A stretch of 64,000 nt of DNA from Eledone cirrhosa. Its lineage: Eukaryota. Below, one piece after another: positions 1 through 13,328 of the stretch; position 1 is the stretch's first letter, and each line of letters begins with the position of its first letter. Location of the stretch: contig OZ024741.1 of assembly GCA_964016885.1 (NCBI GenBank), positions 58,838,001-58,902,000 of the forward strand. The letters run 5' to 3'. Position numbers and translations under genes: made by a program. The notes beneath the pieces are model-generated. The model worked only from the letters and a program-made list of their open reading frames with translations. It was not told where the DNA came from and ran no database searches.

Positions 1-172
1 GTAGAAAGTCGTTTAAATTGACCCCAGTCCATTATTGGTGCTTTATTTTAACCTTGTAAGGCTGAAAGGAAAAGCTAATCTCAGCAGGATTTGAACTTAG
101 AACGTAAATGACTGTAACTCTATGCCACAAAGCATGGTGTCTGACACTCTAATGATACTGCCAATCCACTGC
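1..172 (-). mobile_element. tRNA-derived SINE family A copy (cut by window edge)
   Basis: Shares ggatttgaact(c/t)agaacg (B-box-like on minus) and tgaaagg(a/c)aaag core with the copies at 195, 1108, 2176 and 17988. Confidence 0.7.
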
Positions 173-194
173 CCTATAATAATAATAATAATAA

Positions 195-375
195 TAATTG
201 TTTCTACTTTTTGGCACAAGGCCAGCAATTATCCCAGTGTATTACTGGTACTTTATTTTATCGACCCCGTTAGGATGAAAGGCAAAGTTAACCTTGGCGG
301 GATTTGAACTCAGACCGTAAAGGGACGTAACTGTGCTGCAAAGCATGGCGTCCGACCCTCTACCAATATTGCCAA
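195..375 (-). mobile_element. SINE family A copy
   Basis: aattgtttctacttttggcacaaggccagcaatt...tcgacccc...ggcaaagttaacc...gatttgaactcag, with (TAA)n tail. Confidence 0.8.
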
Positions 376-1107
376 TAATAATAATAATATGGATTTCTAC
401 TTTAGGCACAATTTGGGGAGGGGAAGTTGATTAAGATGCTCTACCGATACTGCCAATCCACCTCCCATAATGATAATAATAACTTCTTTATTGACCACAA
501 AGGGTTTACAAAAAAATACATTAAGGACAGCACAGAACGGTACAATGTGGGTTTCTGATGTAAAATAACCTTCTTAGAAATTATTACTATTGTTGTGTTG
601 GAGATGAACAAAACAAAATTATACAAAAATGAGGAGTGAGAAGACATTGAAAACAATTTGGCAATGCTGTCAGTAGAATTTCCATGTTAGCATTCTAATA
701 AAGGAGTAGTTATAGGTAGTAGTGAGGATGTTCTCGGGGAAGTTCTAAGGTTTGTGCAGAATTAACTGACTAGTTTGTTGTGGAGGACTTTTGGCCTGTG
801 GACTATGAACCCTGTTTTGGCAGTCCTACCAAAGAGCACTTTTGGTTCAAGACAAATCCTACAGGCATTTCTGTCAGACGGGTCTGTCTGAGATGCAGCC
901 CAAGAGATGAAACCATTCTGCATGCACACATCCAGTGTCTGTGCATTGCTGACTTGTAGAATTTTGTTGAACAGCTGTTATAATGGAAAGGGCAGGCAGT
1001 TTTCTTGTCTGTTGGCTATGACTAAGGAGGTGCATACTAAGAGTGGTCAGTGGCAGATATATACCGTACTGTGATTGCTGACTGCTATATGTAAGCCTAT
1101 ACTAAAT

Positions 1108-1297
1108 AATTGTTTCTACTTTTGGCACAAGGCCAGCAATTATCCCAGCGCATTACTGGTACTTTATTTTATCGACCCCGTAAGGATGAAAGGCAAAGTT
1201 AACCTCGGCGAGATTTGAACTCAGAATGGCAAGGGGCGTAACTCCATGCATCAAAGCATGGTGTCCAACCCTCTACTGATACTGCCAATCCACCGCC
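1108..1297 (-). mobile_element. SINE family A copy
   Basis: Near-identical to 195-375 and 17988-18113; flanked by a ctatactaaataat direct repeat (TSD-like). Confidence 0.8.
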
Positions 1298-1815
1298 TAT
1301 ACTAAATAATATTTTATAATACATACAGGAATTGCAAACACAAGGTTCTAAAAACTTTCGCTAAGTAGAAACCACTACCTTCCTACGGACAACTGACTCT
1401 GCACACCAGGTTCGAACATGGAAGAGCCGAACGCCCACCGTCACCACCTCCATCTCTCTCGCCCTCCCCATCTCTGTATTATGAGCAAATGGGGTCCCAC
1501 ATGCTGGCTGCCCCATGGTCCTGGTGGACAGAATGGAGAAGGCATTTCTCTGGAGGATGGTAATGAGACTGAAATGACTGAAACAGATACATTCCTCTTT
1601 GGCTAAACTGTAATTGACTTTTTCAAATTACTCTTGGAAAGGAAGGTGAGAGTAGAAAATGAAAAGCTGCCTTCCTGTATATTTGTTAAAAGTGGAAGAG
1701 GGGATGTCGTGAGAGTGATCCAAACAAGTGGTCTACTCTAGGCTGGGGAGAATAGAGGAGAGAGTGGCACTTGCTTATCAAGGTGATCAAGGTGATCTTG
1801 GAACTGTGGGGTTCC

Positions 1816-2042
1816 TTAACCTTATAGCATTTAAATCGGCCTATATGTGGCCAGAATTCTCTCACCTCTTCCTGTTCAAACTGGCTGTAACTGGTAGCTC
1901 ATACTGATGTTAAGGTATTGTTCTCAAAATAAATATCAAAATCTCATAGACTTGATATTATGTGAGATAATTATGTGAAGTAAAGCCGTTACCATGAAAA
2001 TATAATAATAAATATAGAGTAATGTAAATGCTAAAGGGTTAA
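1816..2042. mobile_element. TTAA-flanked piggyBac-type MITE (family 2)
   Basis: ttaaccttatagcattta...taaatgctaaagggttaa terminal inverted repeats; homologous to 38620-39182. Confidence 0.7.
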
Positions 2043-2175
2043 ATGTCTTTGTGTGGTGCTCACCTCTAGTAGGACATTCTGTTATTTATTGTTACTTTGT
2101 TACCTGCTTTTTTCTATTTATTTGCAATGTCTTTAATGTTTTGGCCCAAATGGCCAATAAAGAAACCACTATCAT

Positions 2176-2395
2176 TGGATTGGCAGTATCGGTAGAGGGT
2201 CGAACGCCATGCTTTGCAGCGTAGAGTTATGGCCCTTTCTGATCTGAGTTCAAATCCCGCCGAGGTTAACTTTGCCTTTCATCCTTATGGGGTCGATAAA
2301 ATAAAGCACCAGTAATGCACTGGGGTCGATTTATTCGACTTTTCCTTCCCCTTAAAAAAAATGCTGGCCTTGTGCCTAAATTAGAAACAATTATT
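2176..2395 (+). mobile_element. SINE family A copy (a second, diverged copy follows at ~2404-2625)
   Basis: tggcagtatcggtagag...gagttcaaatcccgccgaggttaactttgcc: A/B-box-like head; reverse complement of the 1108 copy. Confidence 0.8.
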
Positions 2396-3699
2396 TTCAT
2401 TAAGAGTGCTGGATTGGCAGAATTATTAGAGCATTGGACAAAGATCTTTGTAGTATTTTTTCTGGCTCTTTACATTCTGTGTTCAAATCCTGTTGAGGTC
2501 AGAATTTTCTTTTCATCCATCCAAAGTTAATAAAATAAACTACCATTCCAGTACTGGTGTCGTTTTAACTGACTTTCCATTCCTCCAAAATTGCTGGCCT
2601 TGTGGTTATGTTAGAAATCATCATCAGCATTGTTATTATTTTTATTTTTAGCTGTAAATTCATTATAGAATGGTGAACCCCGATCACTATCTATTCAGAA
2701 AATAAAATGAAAAAAACAATGCACACATTGTTTTCTCTTCTCTGTAACATATGGTATTCTCTTATAATGAATTAGTTGGGTATATTTCTAGTAGAAAGGT
2801 AATGAATAATATCAGCACCCTTAATCAATATTTTGTTAGGTGTTCTGATTAAATAGTTTTACAGTTCATTTCTCTAATTAGTTGGGGGTTTTTTTAAACA
2901 GTAAATTGGTAGAGTTCTTAGAGCATCAGATTTAATGTGTTGTGGTATTTGTTCTGGATCTTTGCATTCTAAGTTCAACTTTGCCTTTCATTCTTCTGAG
3001 GTTGATAAGTATTGCTTCTGTGTGGAGTTTGATTTTTTTTTTCTTACTTTTTTGCTTAAAGAAATCGTCTGTGTTTAACCTGGAGAGAGATAGGTTCTGA
3101 CAGGTTTTAAATGCCCAAGACCTGCTATTTGACAAGGTGGCACCTCTATGGCTCCATAAAAAATTAAAGGCTCTTTTTTTTGTTTCCATTGGAACATTGG
3201 ATTTATTGTCTTGTGTTGTTCTCAGTTCAAATCTTGTCTTTTCTTATCCTTTTGGGACCATTGAACAAAATACCAGTCTAAAGCAGTGGTTTGGTGAAAT
3301 TGTTACAGCACCAGGCAGTATACCTTGTATTCTATCCATAGTTTTAACGATTCTGCCACCTCACTGTCCTATATACCATACAACATATACCAATTCCCCA
3401 TTGTGTTGGAAATAATGGAATATTTAAGTTTTTGAAACAACATTGAAGAAGAACAAAAGTTCCACTGAGAAATTCTTCTGGTTAAACAAAATTGCAGTAA
3501 TTTGAACTTGTGCCATATTCAATGGTAATACATAATTCCAGAACAATTCTGTCAGAAGCGAGGATCTACTGTTGCAAATAATTGCCTTTATAATAACTTC
3601 CATTAATACTGCCAGCTTTAACGGAGCAGTTTAACTCCTTCCACTGCTGGTATAGAACTGTTGCCAAAATATGCTATAATACTATTGTTCTGTAAAGCT

Positions 3700-3980
3700 G
3701 TGTTTGGCTCATGATCATAAGGTGGCATGTTCAATTCCTGGCAGTGTACTGTGTCCTTGATCGAGCAACTTTATTTTAGTCCACTCAGCTGGAATAAAAT
3801 AGAGTTTCACTTGTAATACAAAGGGCTAGCCATGTCACACACTGTCATACTGAATCTTCCCGAGGACTACATTATGAGTATGCATGTCTGTGAGATGCTC
3901 AGCCACTTGCATGTTCATTTCATGAGCAGGCTGTTCCATTGGTCAAATAACTGGTACACTCACCATTGAAGCTAATGGAG
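3700..3980 (+). mobile_element. tRNA-derived SINE family B copy
   Basis: gttcaattcctggcag...ccactcagctgg...gctcagccacttgcatgt...caggctgttcc, shared with the 6942, 23642 and 35030 copies. Confidence 0.65.
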
Positions 3981-4336
3981 GTATGTGTGTGTGTGGGGGG
4001 GGGGGGGGTCCAAAACACACACGCACACACTTTATTTATCGTTTAACAGAACAAAAAACTCAGGTGATATCAATTAGTTAATGACACAATAGTAATTCAA
4101 ATTACTATATTTACCTGAGTAGAAAGAAACCCCAAACACCTAAAAGTCTTCCATCCCTAACACTTCCTTATTAACAAAAGAAAAATGAAAATTTAACCTA
4201 ATTATCATATTTCTAATGAAAAATATTGCCTATAATTTTGAAAATAAAATATTATTTAGTTGTGGTTTGGAATATAACTTAACAAAGGTTCTTACATAAA
4301 ATTATGATGGAAGGTTTTTAGATAAATACAATCACT

Positions 4337-4604
4337 TTAATCCTTTCACTATTGTACTTCTAATGAAAAGCACAGCTCGTAATCTTTTAAATAATCAAGA
4401 ATTTTGAGAGATTTAACAATAATGTAACTAACATTCTTAAATTGATGTTTGGAATATAACTTAACGAATGTTCTTACATAAAATTAAGATGGAAGGCTTT
4501 TAGATAAATAGAAACAATTCTAAAAAAAGAAAACCAGCATAAAAACCAGCGTAATATGATAGAACCAAGGGTGGTTTCAGGCAGGTTATTATCAAAAGGG
4601 TTAA
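4337..4604. mobile_element. TTAA-flanked piggyBac-type MITE (family 1), nested in a partial copy starting ~4193
   Basis: ttaatccttt...atcaaaagggttaa; internal sequence homologous to the 24361, 38420, 49731 and 50623 copies. Confidence 0.65.
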
Positions 4605-5298
4605 AAAAAAAAAACAGGTGGGTGTGGGCAATCATACAAAAAATTTGGGAAAGTCTAAAGTAGAACACTGGAAGTCTCCACTGCTACAGGTTCTATGAGA
4701 AACTTATCAGCTGTTGTTGACTTGTTGACTCAGTGCAGCTAGTGTAGAAGCAAGGATTTAACAAAAGAAATCAGTGAAGCAGAGGTGTGGGTGAAAGATG
4801 ATAGCTGAAATAGAGACAGGGGCACTTTAAAAGATAATAATATTAGGTCTTCCTAGTCATAGAGGTTAGGGAGTTGTATTTCACCTTTTTCTTATTTTGT
4901 TTCTTGTGCCTTTTCTCTCCCTTATATTTGTTTCTTATTTATATGGGGTATTAGATACCTTTCTCAGCCTGACATGACTTAGCTTTGATTAAATAAATAA
5001 ATAAATAAATAAGAAAGAAAATGATAGATAACAGTCCTCACTACCACCTACACTAGCCTCAGAACTCTTACAGTTTCATACACCACTACACCACCACTGC
5101 TATAGCACAAATAAAACACAGGGACATTAAAATAATTTATATAAAGAGACAATCCCCAGAATACAATCTTACCACTTGACAAACCTATTTCATTTAATAT
5201 TTCTTTTATGTCTTATATTCTTTGTAACTACACCTACATACCTACCTACTTACATGTCTACCTACTTACCTGGCTTTCTCTACCTGTAAAGTAGTCTG

Positions 5299-5660
5299 GT
5301 GGCATATATTTTGCTTCTACCTGGCCCACTTAAGGAGTTTGCTTCTCAATTATCAGGATCTGGGTTCAATCTAATATACACAGTAAGACAAAACAAAATC
5401 TTTGAATACATGGAAGCTATGAAAAGATTTAACAACAGAAGCTTCTGTTTTACAACTTCCCTGGTTTCTTCTTTTCTTTTTCGTTTTCTTAAGCATAATC
5501 TGCCTTCCATTTTTTTTCCCCTTTAAAAATAAAAAAAATCTTTTATTACTTGTCTAACTAGCTCTTTTTGATTAGCAACTGTAGGGAGTACTCAATACTT
5601 GCCCTAGTCTGCCATGGCTTACTAGCTCTAAATGGATGTTTAAATTGAATAAATAAATGT
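5299..5660 (+). mobile_element. 3' end of an I-superclade-like LINE
   Basis: KIFEYMEAMKRFNNR matches KILEYTEVMKRFNNR at ~48345; shares the 3' end catggcttactagctcta...aataaata with ~48585-48640. Confidence 0.55.
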
Positions 5661-6537
5661 GTGCATATTGGCTTTGTATGATTTCATCCCATGTTTTATT
5701 TTACCTACCCAGGACTAGCACCTGGATATTTAGTGCTTTACAATGTGTGACACTCCATTCATCCAAATAATATGAATTTAACTCAAACCTAGTTTTGTGA
5801 CAACTATGATATTTAGTTATACAAATTTGTGTAAAACTGTGATCCTTTACATTTTAGTAATGTGTCTTTCTGAGGTCTACGCTCAAGATGGCTGCCTTAG
5901 TAGCCTTAAAGGTAGCATCAGGCTTGTGTAAAACTGTGATTTTTTAAGGTTCAGTAATGAAATTTAACATGTCATATTTTGTTAAAAGTAATTCTTCAAC
6001 TGTGGTCAACCTTACCTTAGATCTTTTCAAGGTCGATACCAATCCGGCGGGCTCTCTCGCAGAAATCAGCTGTGATCTGACCTAGAGAGGAAATGGCTCT
6101 GCCAGGTTTAAAATCCCCACAACATGATGGCACCCTTATGGCTACATGAGGAGTTAAAATGCCAATAGAATTCTTTAACTATTTACAATTGTTTAATTTG
6201 TATCTAATGCCATTTATTTTCTCATTCACATTAAATGTGTTTAATAGCTTCCATTCCACATTTAATTTTTATATTCACCTCAATCACTTTTGGTATACAC
6301 CATAAAGTGGTTGGCATTAGGAAGGGCATCCAGCAATAGACGCCAAACCCAAATCAGAATCTATGAGCAAGATGTGACAGCCTGTCTAACTCATGCCAGC
6401 ATGGAAAATGGATGTTAAACAGTGATGATGATGATCCACTCAAATCCTTTGCTTTAAACCATTTTTTACCCCTTAATTTACTTTATTTGCTCTCATGGTA
6501 AAATTATTTTTGTACCATATCTATATCTATCTATGTA

Positions 6538-6580
<43 letters not shown>

Positions 6581-6941
6581 ATATATGCATCGTATAATCG
6601 ACAACTGTGTGTTTTTTTTTCTATTCCTCCATAGCACTTCTTATTCATCTTGTCATCTCCTTCTTACCATGTTTTCAGATCTTTAAATCTTCATTCCTTG
6701 TTTGTCTTAGTTTCTGTTTCAAGGTCAACCTATGTTGTTTTGTTTACTGTACATCAGTAATTCACAAAAACTGAATATGCGACAATACTCCCTCTCTCTC
6801 ACCCTCCCTCATCTGGGCATAATGACATTACCACAACATTGCCTATGTGACAAACTGCTAAAATTACAAAGAACACACAGCAATGAACAAATTGTGTAAA
6901 GGTTTAATACAGTATTACTTCATTTATATATTTACAATAAT

Positions 6942-7245
6942 GTAAAGGTGTGTGGCTTAGTGGTTAGAGTGTTCATGATCATATAATCATGATTTTGATT
7001 CTTGGCAGCATGTTGTATGCTTCAGCAAGACACTTTATTTCACATTATTCCTGTCTCCTCGGCTGGCCAAATTGTATTGAACCTGTTGTTCAAAGAGCCA
7101 GCTTTGTCACACACTGTCATGGTGAATTTCCCTGAGAACATGTTAAGCATATTTGTGGAATGCTCAGCCACTTGTATGTTAATTTCAATGTAAGATTGTT
7201 CTGTTGTTTGAACAACTGAAATACTTGTCATTGGAACTGACAAAG
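6942..7245 (+). mobile_element. SINE family B copy
   Basis: tggcttagtggttagagtg head; caagacactttatttcaca; ctgagaac...tgctcagccacttg. Confidence 0.7.
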
Positions 7246-8379
7246 ATCAAAACAATTATAATGAGAATTTAATTTTTTGAGTGACAATGATGATGATATC
7301 ATCTTCATTGTCATCACCGTTTAACGTCCATTTTGCATGGGTCGGACAGGTTGTTCGCTTTGAGAAACAAGTCTGGCCAGGATTGACCACACCGTACCTT
7401 GCTCTGACAGGACTATAAATTTGACCAGGGTTTTTACAGCTGAATGCCCTTCCTAACATCAACCACATTTACAGTGTATATATGAATATTCTTTACTGTA
7501 GAAATGTAATAAGATCGAAACACATCTGTTATTTTCACCAAGCTGGTTTAGAGACAAGTTTCACTGCATTCTCTTCAATTGTTTAAAGTGTTGGATCAGG
7601 TATAGGTTTTAAAATTGCAAGGATAGTCTCGGTAGATTAATATTTTTTCCCCCTCACCATATTTAGACAGTGAGACTCTGTGTGTTTGTGTGTGTGCACA
7701 CACACACACACACACACACACACTCCCCCCCTCTCTCTCTCTGTAAACATTGGAGTAATTAATTAATGAAATAATTACCAGCCACCTGAAAGCTTGTATC
7801 ACTGAATTAAAATCATCAAATGTTTTAAATTAATCAAAGTAGAAAAAAATAAAGTCATTGGATTGTAAATAGATTCTAAAATTACTTGTTACTTATTTAA
7901 ATTTATGGTGATGGTACATAGCATAGTGGTTAGGGTATTCGGCTCATAATTATAGGATAGTGAGTTTGATTCCCAGTAGCATGTTGTATCCATGAGAAAG
8001 ACACTTTATTTCACCATGTTCTAGACCAAAGGTTCTCAACGGGGTCGTTTCGGAGCTCTAGGGGGACATTTTGGAGCAAGAGGGCGTTGGGGGGCGCTGG
8101 AAGCCCCTTTAGTTTGGTAAGTTTTATAAGTCATATTTGTACGTCTCTTAGACAGCCAGTATGAATGCATTTGAATGAAGAAAACAAAGAAAATAAATAA
8201 AAGAAGCTTGTCAACGAATTCCCTAGGGAGATAAAAGAAAAATGAAAGAAATCAAAGAAAATGAAAATAAGGACGTCAACTTTTACAACAGTTACAAGAA
8301 CAATAGCAAGAAAAAGAAGCAATAGTGATGAAAGGTGTGGGTGTATACATATACATACATTCAATCATACACATACGTT

Positions 8380-8427
<48 letters not shown>

Positions 8428-8675
8428 AACACACACAGGCCGGCGTTGGTGTTTGATGAGGTTGAGAACCTGGTCAGCTTTCAGCCAGAGCTGTGGTATT
8501 TAATCTCCCTAGGTAATAAAATCTTATAGCAAAAATTTTCTCCTTACAAAAAAAACAACAACATAAATCATGTCAACATCCTTACACACTTAAATATAAA
8601 TGCATGTATATATACAAATGTATAAATCCATAGCTATATTCATACGTAAATGTATGTATGTATATATGTATGTAG

Positions 8676-8709
<34 letters not shown>

Positions 8710-8787
8710 CTACATACATACTTATATATATATATACATATATATATAAATCTACATACATACATATATATACATATATATATAAAT

Positions 8788-8818
<31 letters not shown>

Positions 8819-8952
8819 AATATACATACATACATATATATACATATATATATAAATCTACATACATACATATATAAGTATTGAAGTTTCCGTTGAAAAT
8901 TGAAAAAGTTATAGGAATGAAGAGTGCTCTATGTAAGTACCAGAGCTAAATT

Positions 8953-10704
8953 TAATGTATAATAAACAATACAATATAATTACCTCATTACCAGAGGTTT
9001 CCTGAATAAGACGAATACGAAAAACGTCCTCATTCGTTCATCGGATAAGGCAATATGTGGGTATGACACAAGACAAATTCAAAACGCGTTATTACTCACA
9101 TGTCGCATCTTTCCGACATCCAGAAAAAAGATTTACAACAGCTCTGGCTAGCAGAATATGGGATTTGAAGGACCAAGGTATCCAATATAAATTGGATTGG
9201 TCAATTTTGAACCAATCTAAAGAATATGCAAGAGGAACAAGAAGATGCACACTCTGCATAAGTGAAAAATATTGGATTTTACAGAACCTTAAATCACCAA
9301 AAACCTGCCTAAACGCAAAAACAGAAATTTTCACCAGTTGCCCACACATGAAATCACACTTGCTTTCCAGCTCATATAAACTTAACTCACTTTCAGATAC
9401 TTATCCTCCATAAACTCTTGTTCTTCACTTTCCTTAAATTATCCTCTTTACAGTCTTCTCTTTGTGATTTACTTTTATTTTTAACTTTATTTTTATTTTT
9501 ACTTCACATCCACCAGTGACCCCCCCCCCCCCCCTTACTTTTTGATTCTTTTACCTAATATCTTCAAATTCCACATTTTACTTCCCCATTTTCTTTCACT
9601 ACCTGATATCACTTGTCACTCCAGATATATTCTGTTGTTTCGCAGCCGATTTTATATTTGTACTCATTTATTCGTACGGCTGGTTTATAATTTGTATTTA
9701 TGCGTGTGAGTATGCATATGTGTGTATACGTTCTGTATATGTATACGAACGCCTCCGTATGTGCACGTGCGTACGTATATATATGTGTGTGTATGTGTGT
9801 TTTATATCTGTTTTTTACATACTTATTTATACGTGTGTGTGTATGTGGTTGAATGTATGTGTATGTATATGTATGCGTATGTGTGGGTGTGTATGTATAT
9901 ATATATATATAGTCGCGTACGTACGTGTGATTAGATATACATGTGGCGATATATATATATATATACGTGCCTCGTGTGTATGTATGTACGCATGCATGCG
10001 CTTTTGTCTGTACGTATTTATATTTATATATATATATGTGTGTGTACGTGCGTACCTATGTTTGTTTTCTATTTTCTAGTGTTAATTGATAACCCTTCCC
10101 TCTTACTTTCTCTTTGATTTAAAATTATTTTTCATTCTCATATATTGTTTCATTTTTATACATATATCGAGAATGACACTTCTTTTTACTATTACACTCC
10201 CTTCCCTCTTTATCTTACGCATATAAATGACCGCGCGTGTGTGTGTGTTTATACGCGTGCTTTCATACGCGTATGTGTATATATTTAATACCTGTATCTG
10301 GATGTGTGTTAACTATATTATCATTTTCTTTTTCAACTCATATTATATACGTATTTGTGGTCACACATACACAAATATACTTGCCCTCATATATGTACTT
10401 ACGCACACGTTTTCACCATACACATGCATTTGTACATACACACATATGTACATTTGTGAGTGCATATACATACAATACACATACCTTAACTATATTTCCT
10501 TATTTTTTTAATATATCTCTTGCATTACTTTTATTTATATATTTTTATGCCCGTTAAACTCTTGCCTTTCTTGAGGAGATTTTTCAAATATTTCACTATG
10601 TTTTAAATTGCCTTGTCCGATGAACGAATGAGAACGTTTTTCGTATTCGTCTTATTCGGGAAACCTCTGGTAATGAGGTAATTATATTGTATTGTTTATT
10701 ATAC

Positions 10705-10708
<4 letters not shown>
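8953..10708 (+). mobile_element. 5'-truncated Penelope-like element with inverted pLTR fragment
   Basis: ~102-bp inverted repeats 8953-9054 / 10607-10708 around a GIY-YIG ORF fragment and 3' UTR. Confidence 0.85.
9054..9413 (+). pseudogene. PLE GIY-YIG endonuclease C-terminal fragment (Naiad-like)
   Basis: YVGMT..FKTRYYSH..SF...T.LA..IW.LK...W.IL...RCTLCISEK...LN.KTEI..SCPH. Confidence 0.85.
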
Positions 10709-10758
<50 letters not shown>

Positions 10759-10762
10759 AATC

Positions 10763-10831
<69 letters not shown>

Positions 10832-11024
10832 CTACATATATATATATATATATATATAATATGTTGAGAAGGTAACACACCAGAGAGAGATATATAGTGC
10901 GCTATCAATAATACAGGGAAAAAACCACCAGTGTATGGAATCTATAACCTATGAAAGGCAGACTATAGACACAATAATTAAAAATATAAATTAAAGCGTA
11001 AATAAATACCTCTATAACTATATA

Positions 11025-11106
11025 ACACACGTACAAATCCAAAGATATGTTTCACCAAAAAAATTTGTTGAAAGAAATGGTCTAGTCTCGGTTCATCAGC
11101 GTGTGT
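11025..11106 (-). ncRNA. Type I hammerhead ribozyme (mirror copy)
   Basis: Reverse complement of 11578-11659. Confidence 0.8.
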
Positions 11107-11577
11107 AAGGCCATACATTTCAGACAACACTAAGAGAATTTTACAATTGACCGTCCAGCTACACGTGGGAGAGAGAAGTCACAGCGTGTTTAAGGGCAGT
11201 GAACCAGTGGCCTCTGAGAGACGAACTGCTAGAAAGGGCAGCCCAAAGCCACTCAGAGAAGTGTGCTCAACCAAACAGAGCTGGGGAAAGACTGTTATTA
11301 GGAGCGAAATATCACGATAAATTAAGGGAGGCATAGGCCGTCGTGGCCTATGCCTCCCTTAATTTATCGTGATATTTCGCTCCTAATAACAGTCTTTCCC
11401 CAGCTCTGTTTGGTTGAGCACACTTCTCTGAGTGGCTTTGGGCTGCCCTTTCTAGCAGTTCGTCTCTCAGAGGCCACTGGTTCACTGCCCTTAAACACGC
11501 TGTGACTTCTCTCTCCCACGTGTAGCTGGACGGTCAATTGTAAAATTCTCTTAGTGTTGTCTGAAATGTATGGCCTT

Positions 11578-11659
11578 ACACACGCTGATGAACCGAGACT
11601 AGACCATTTCTTTCAACAAATTTTTTTGGTGAAACATATCTTTGGATTTGTACGTGTGT
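11578..11659 (+). ncRNA. Type I hammerhead ribozyme
   Basis: Stem I acacacg/cgtgtgt; CTGATGA at 11585-11591; stem II accgaga/ttttggt; GAAA at 11631; stem III acatatc/gatttgt; GUA cleavage triplet ending at 11652. Confidence 0.85.
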
Positions 11660-11946
11660 TATATAGTTATAGAGGTATTTATTTACGCTTTAATTTATAT
11701 TTTTAATTATTGTGTCTATAGTCTGCCTTTCATAGGTTATAGATTCCATACACTGGTGGTTTTTTCCCTGTATTATTGATAGCGCACTATATATCTCTCT
11801 CTGGTGTGTTACCTTCTCAACATATTATATTTTAAAGGGCTCAGGATCTCTTCCCCTTTGAGCACATTATTTACAGGGAATAACGACGGCCTATGCCTCC
11901 GTTAATTTATCGTGATATATATATATATATATATATATAAATCTAC

Positions 11947-12004
<58 letters not shown>

Positions 12005-12020
12005 CTACATACATACATAC

Positions 12021-12066
<46 letters not shown>

Positions 12067-12181
12067 CTACATATATACATACATACATTTATGTATGCAT
12101 ATAGCTATGCATTTATATATTTGTATATATATATGTACAAGCATTTATATTTAAGTGTATATATATATATATATATATATA

Positions 12182-13072
12182 CAGGGTGTGGACGATATTT
12201 GTTCGCAATTTTCAACTGCTAATTTTATGCAAATTTTTTTTCACTTCCGTTGTCACTCTTGTCTTCATAAAAACAGTGACTATATTTCCATTATTTATTT
12301 TCAGAATAATTGATTATGAATAATTTTGAACCTCCAAATTTGTGGAAGAGACACAGAGTTCTTCTTGGAATCCGCGCTGGGAGGACAAATAAGACCAGAA
12401 GATCAATTCCCAGAATAACAAGTGGCTCGTTGTCTCATCCAAAGACGTGCCCAGAGTCATGCAGACAAAGTTTCCAGCGACAACATTGGTCTTAGGTATC
12501 ATCAGCAGTCAAGGTGACGTCATGCCACCTCACTTCTTCCCTGAGGGCCTCAAGCTGAACACCGATGGCTACATCCGCGTTCTGAACGAGGTAGTAAAGC
12601 CCTGGATCGACCAGGTAGCTGGAGGTAGGCCGTACGTATGGCAGCAAGACTCTGCGCCCTGCCATACCAGCCGAAAGACCCAAGTCTGGCTGTCAGAGAA
12701 CTTCGTCGACCACACTTCACCTGACATCTGGCCTCCCAGCTCGCCTGACTGCAACCTCCTCGACTTCTTTGTGTGGGGCGCAGTGGAACGAGACACCAAC
12801 AGATCTAGCTGCAATACGAAAGACGATCTGAAGGCCAGGCTCACAAGTGCCTTTAGGGGCCTAAGTCGGGGGACAGTGATGAAGGCCTGTAGCCGGTTCC
12901 GAGGCCACCTTGAGGCCGTCATCAAAGCCAATGGCGGGTTTATCGAGTGAGATCGAAAGAACAAGTCATGAAGACAAACTGACCCAAGTTTGATAAATAT
13001 ATCTTAAAAAATAAAACTACTGTGTTACTTTTTCCTAGACAGTAATCTTGCGAAAAAATATCGTCCGTACCA

Positions 13073-13074
<2 letters not shown>
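12182..13074 (+). mobile_element. Internally deleted Tc1/mariner DD37D (maT-like) transposon
   Basis: Imperfect ~27-bp TIRs cagggtgtggacgatatttgttcgcaa / ttgcgaaaaaatatcgtccgtaccatg, TA on the left, inside TA microsatellite. Confidence 0.85.
12310..12950 (+). pseudogene. maT-type transposase remnant
   Basis: WQQDSAP.H...WPPSSPDCNLLDFFVW with 37 residues between the last two D; the N-terminus joins DQKINSQNNKW out of frame at ~12390, so the HTH and first catalytic D are missing. Confidence 0.85.
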
Positions 13075-13124
<50 letters not shown>

Positions 13125-13261
13125 AAAGTTAAACAAGTTTCAATGAATAAATCAAAGAATGAGTTTTACAATAGAATGGAAGCACTCAACAGCTTTGGTT
13201 TTCCAGAGTTATTAATATTAATTCAAAATATTAACAAAATAGATATTCTTGTGAACAAGTA

Positions 13262-13328
13262 TATTTTATTATACATATTTCAGAGGTACTGAGTTAAGTT
13301 CAACAGTACGTCCTCATCAGATAAAATA
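13262..13328 (-). ncRNA. Minimal type I hammerhead in a pLTR-like fragment (~13120-13400)
   Basis: Minus strand: tattttat CTGATGA ggacgtactg..cagtacctct GAA atatgtat a ataaaata. Confidence 0.8.

Larger units (their letters stand above)
10854..11830. repeat. Long foldback palindrome (inverted pLTR + pLTR)
   Basis: Arms 10854-11339 and 11345-11830 are reverse complements with no mismatch seen; 5-nt spacer gtcgt; the start of the arm is repeated as a tail at ~11883-11918. Confidence 0.92.
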
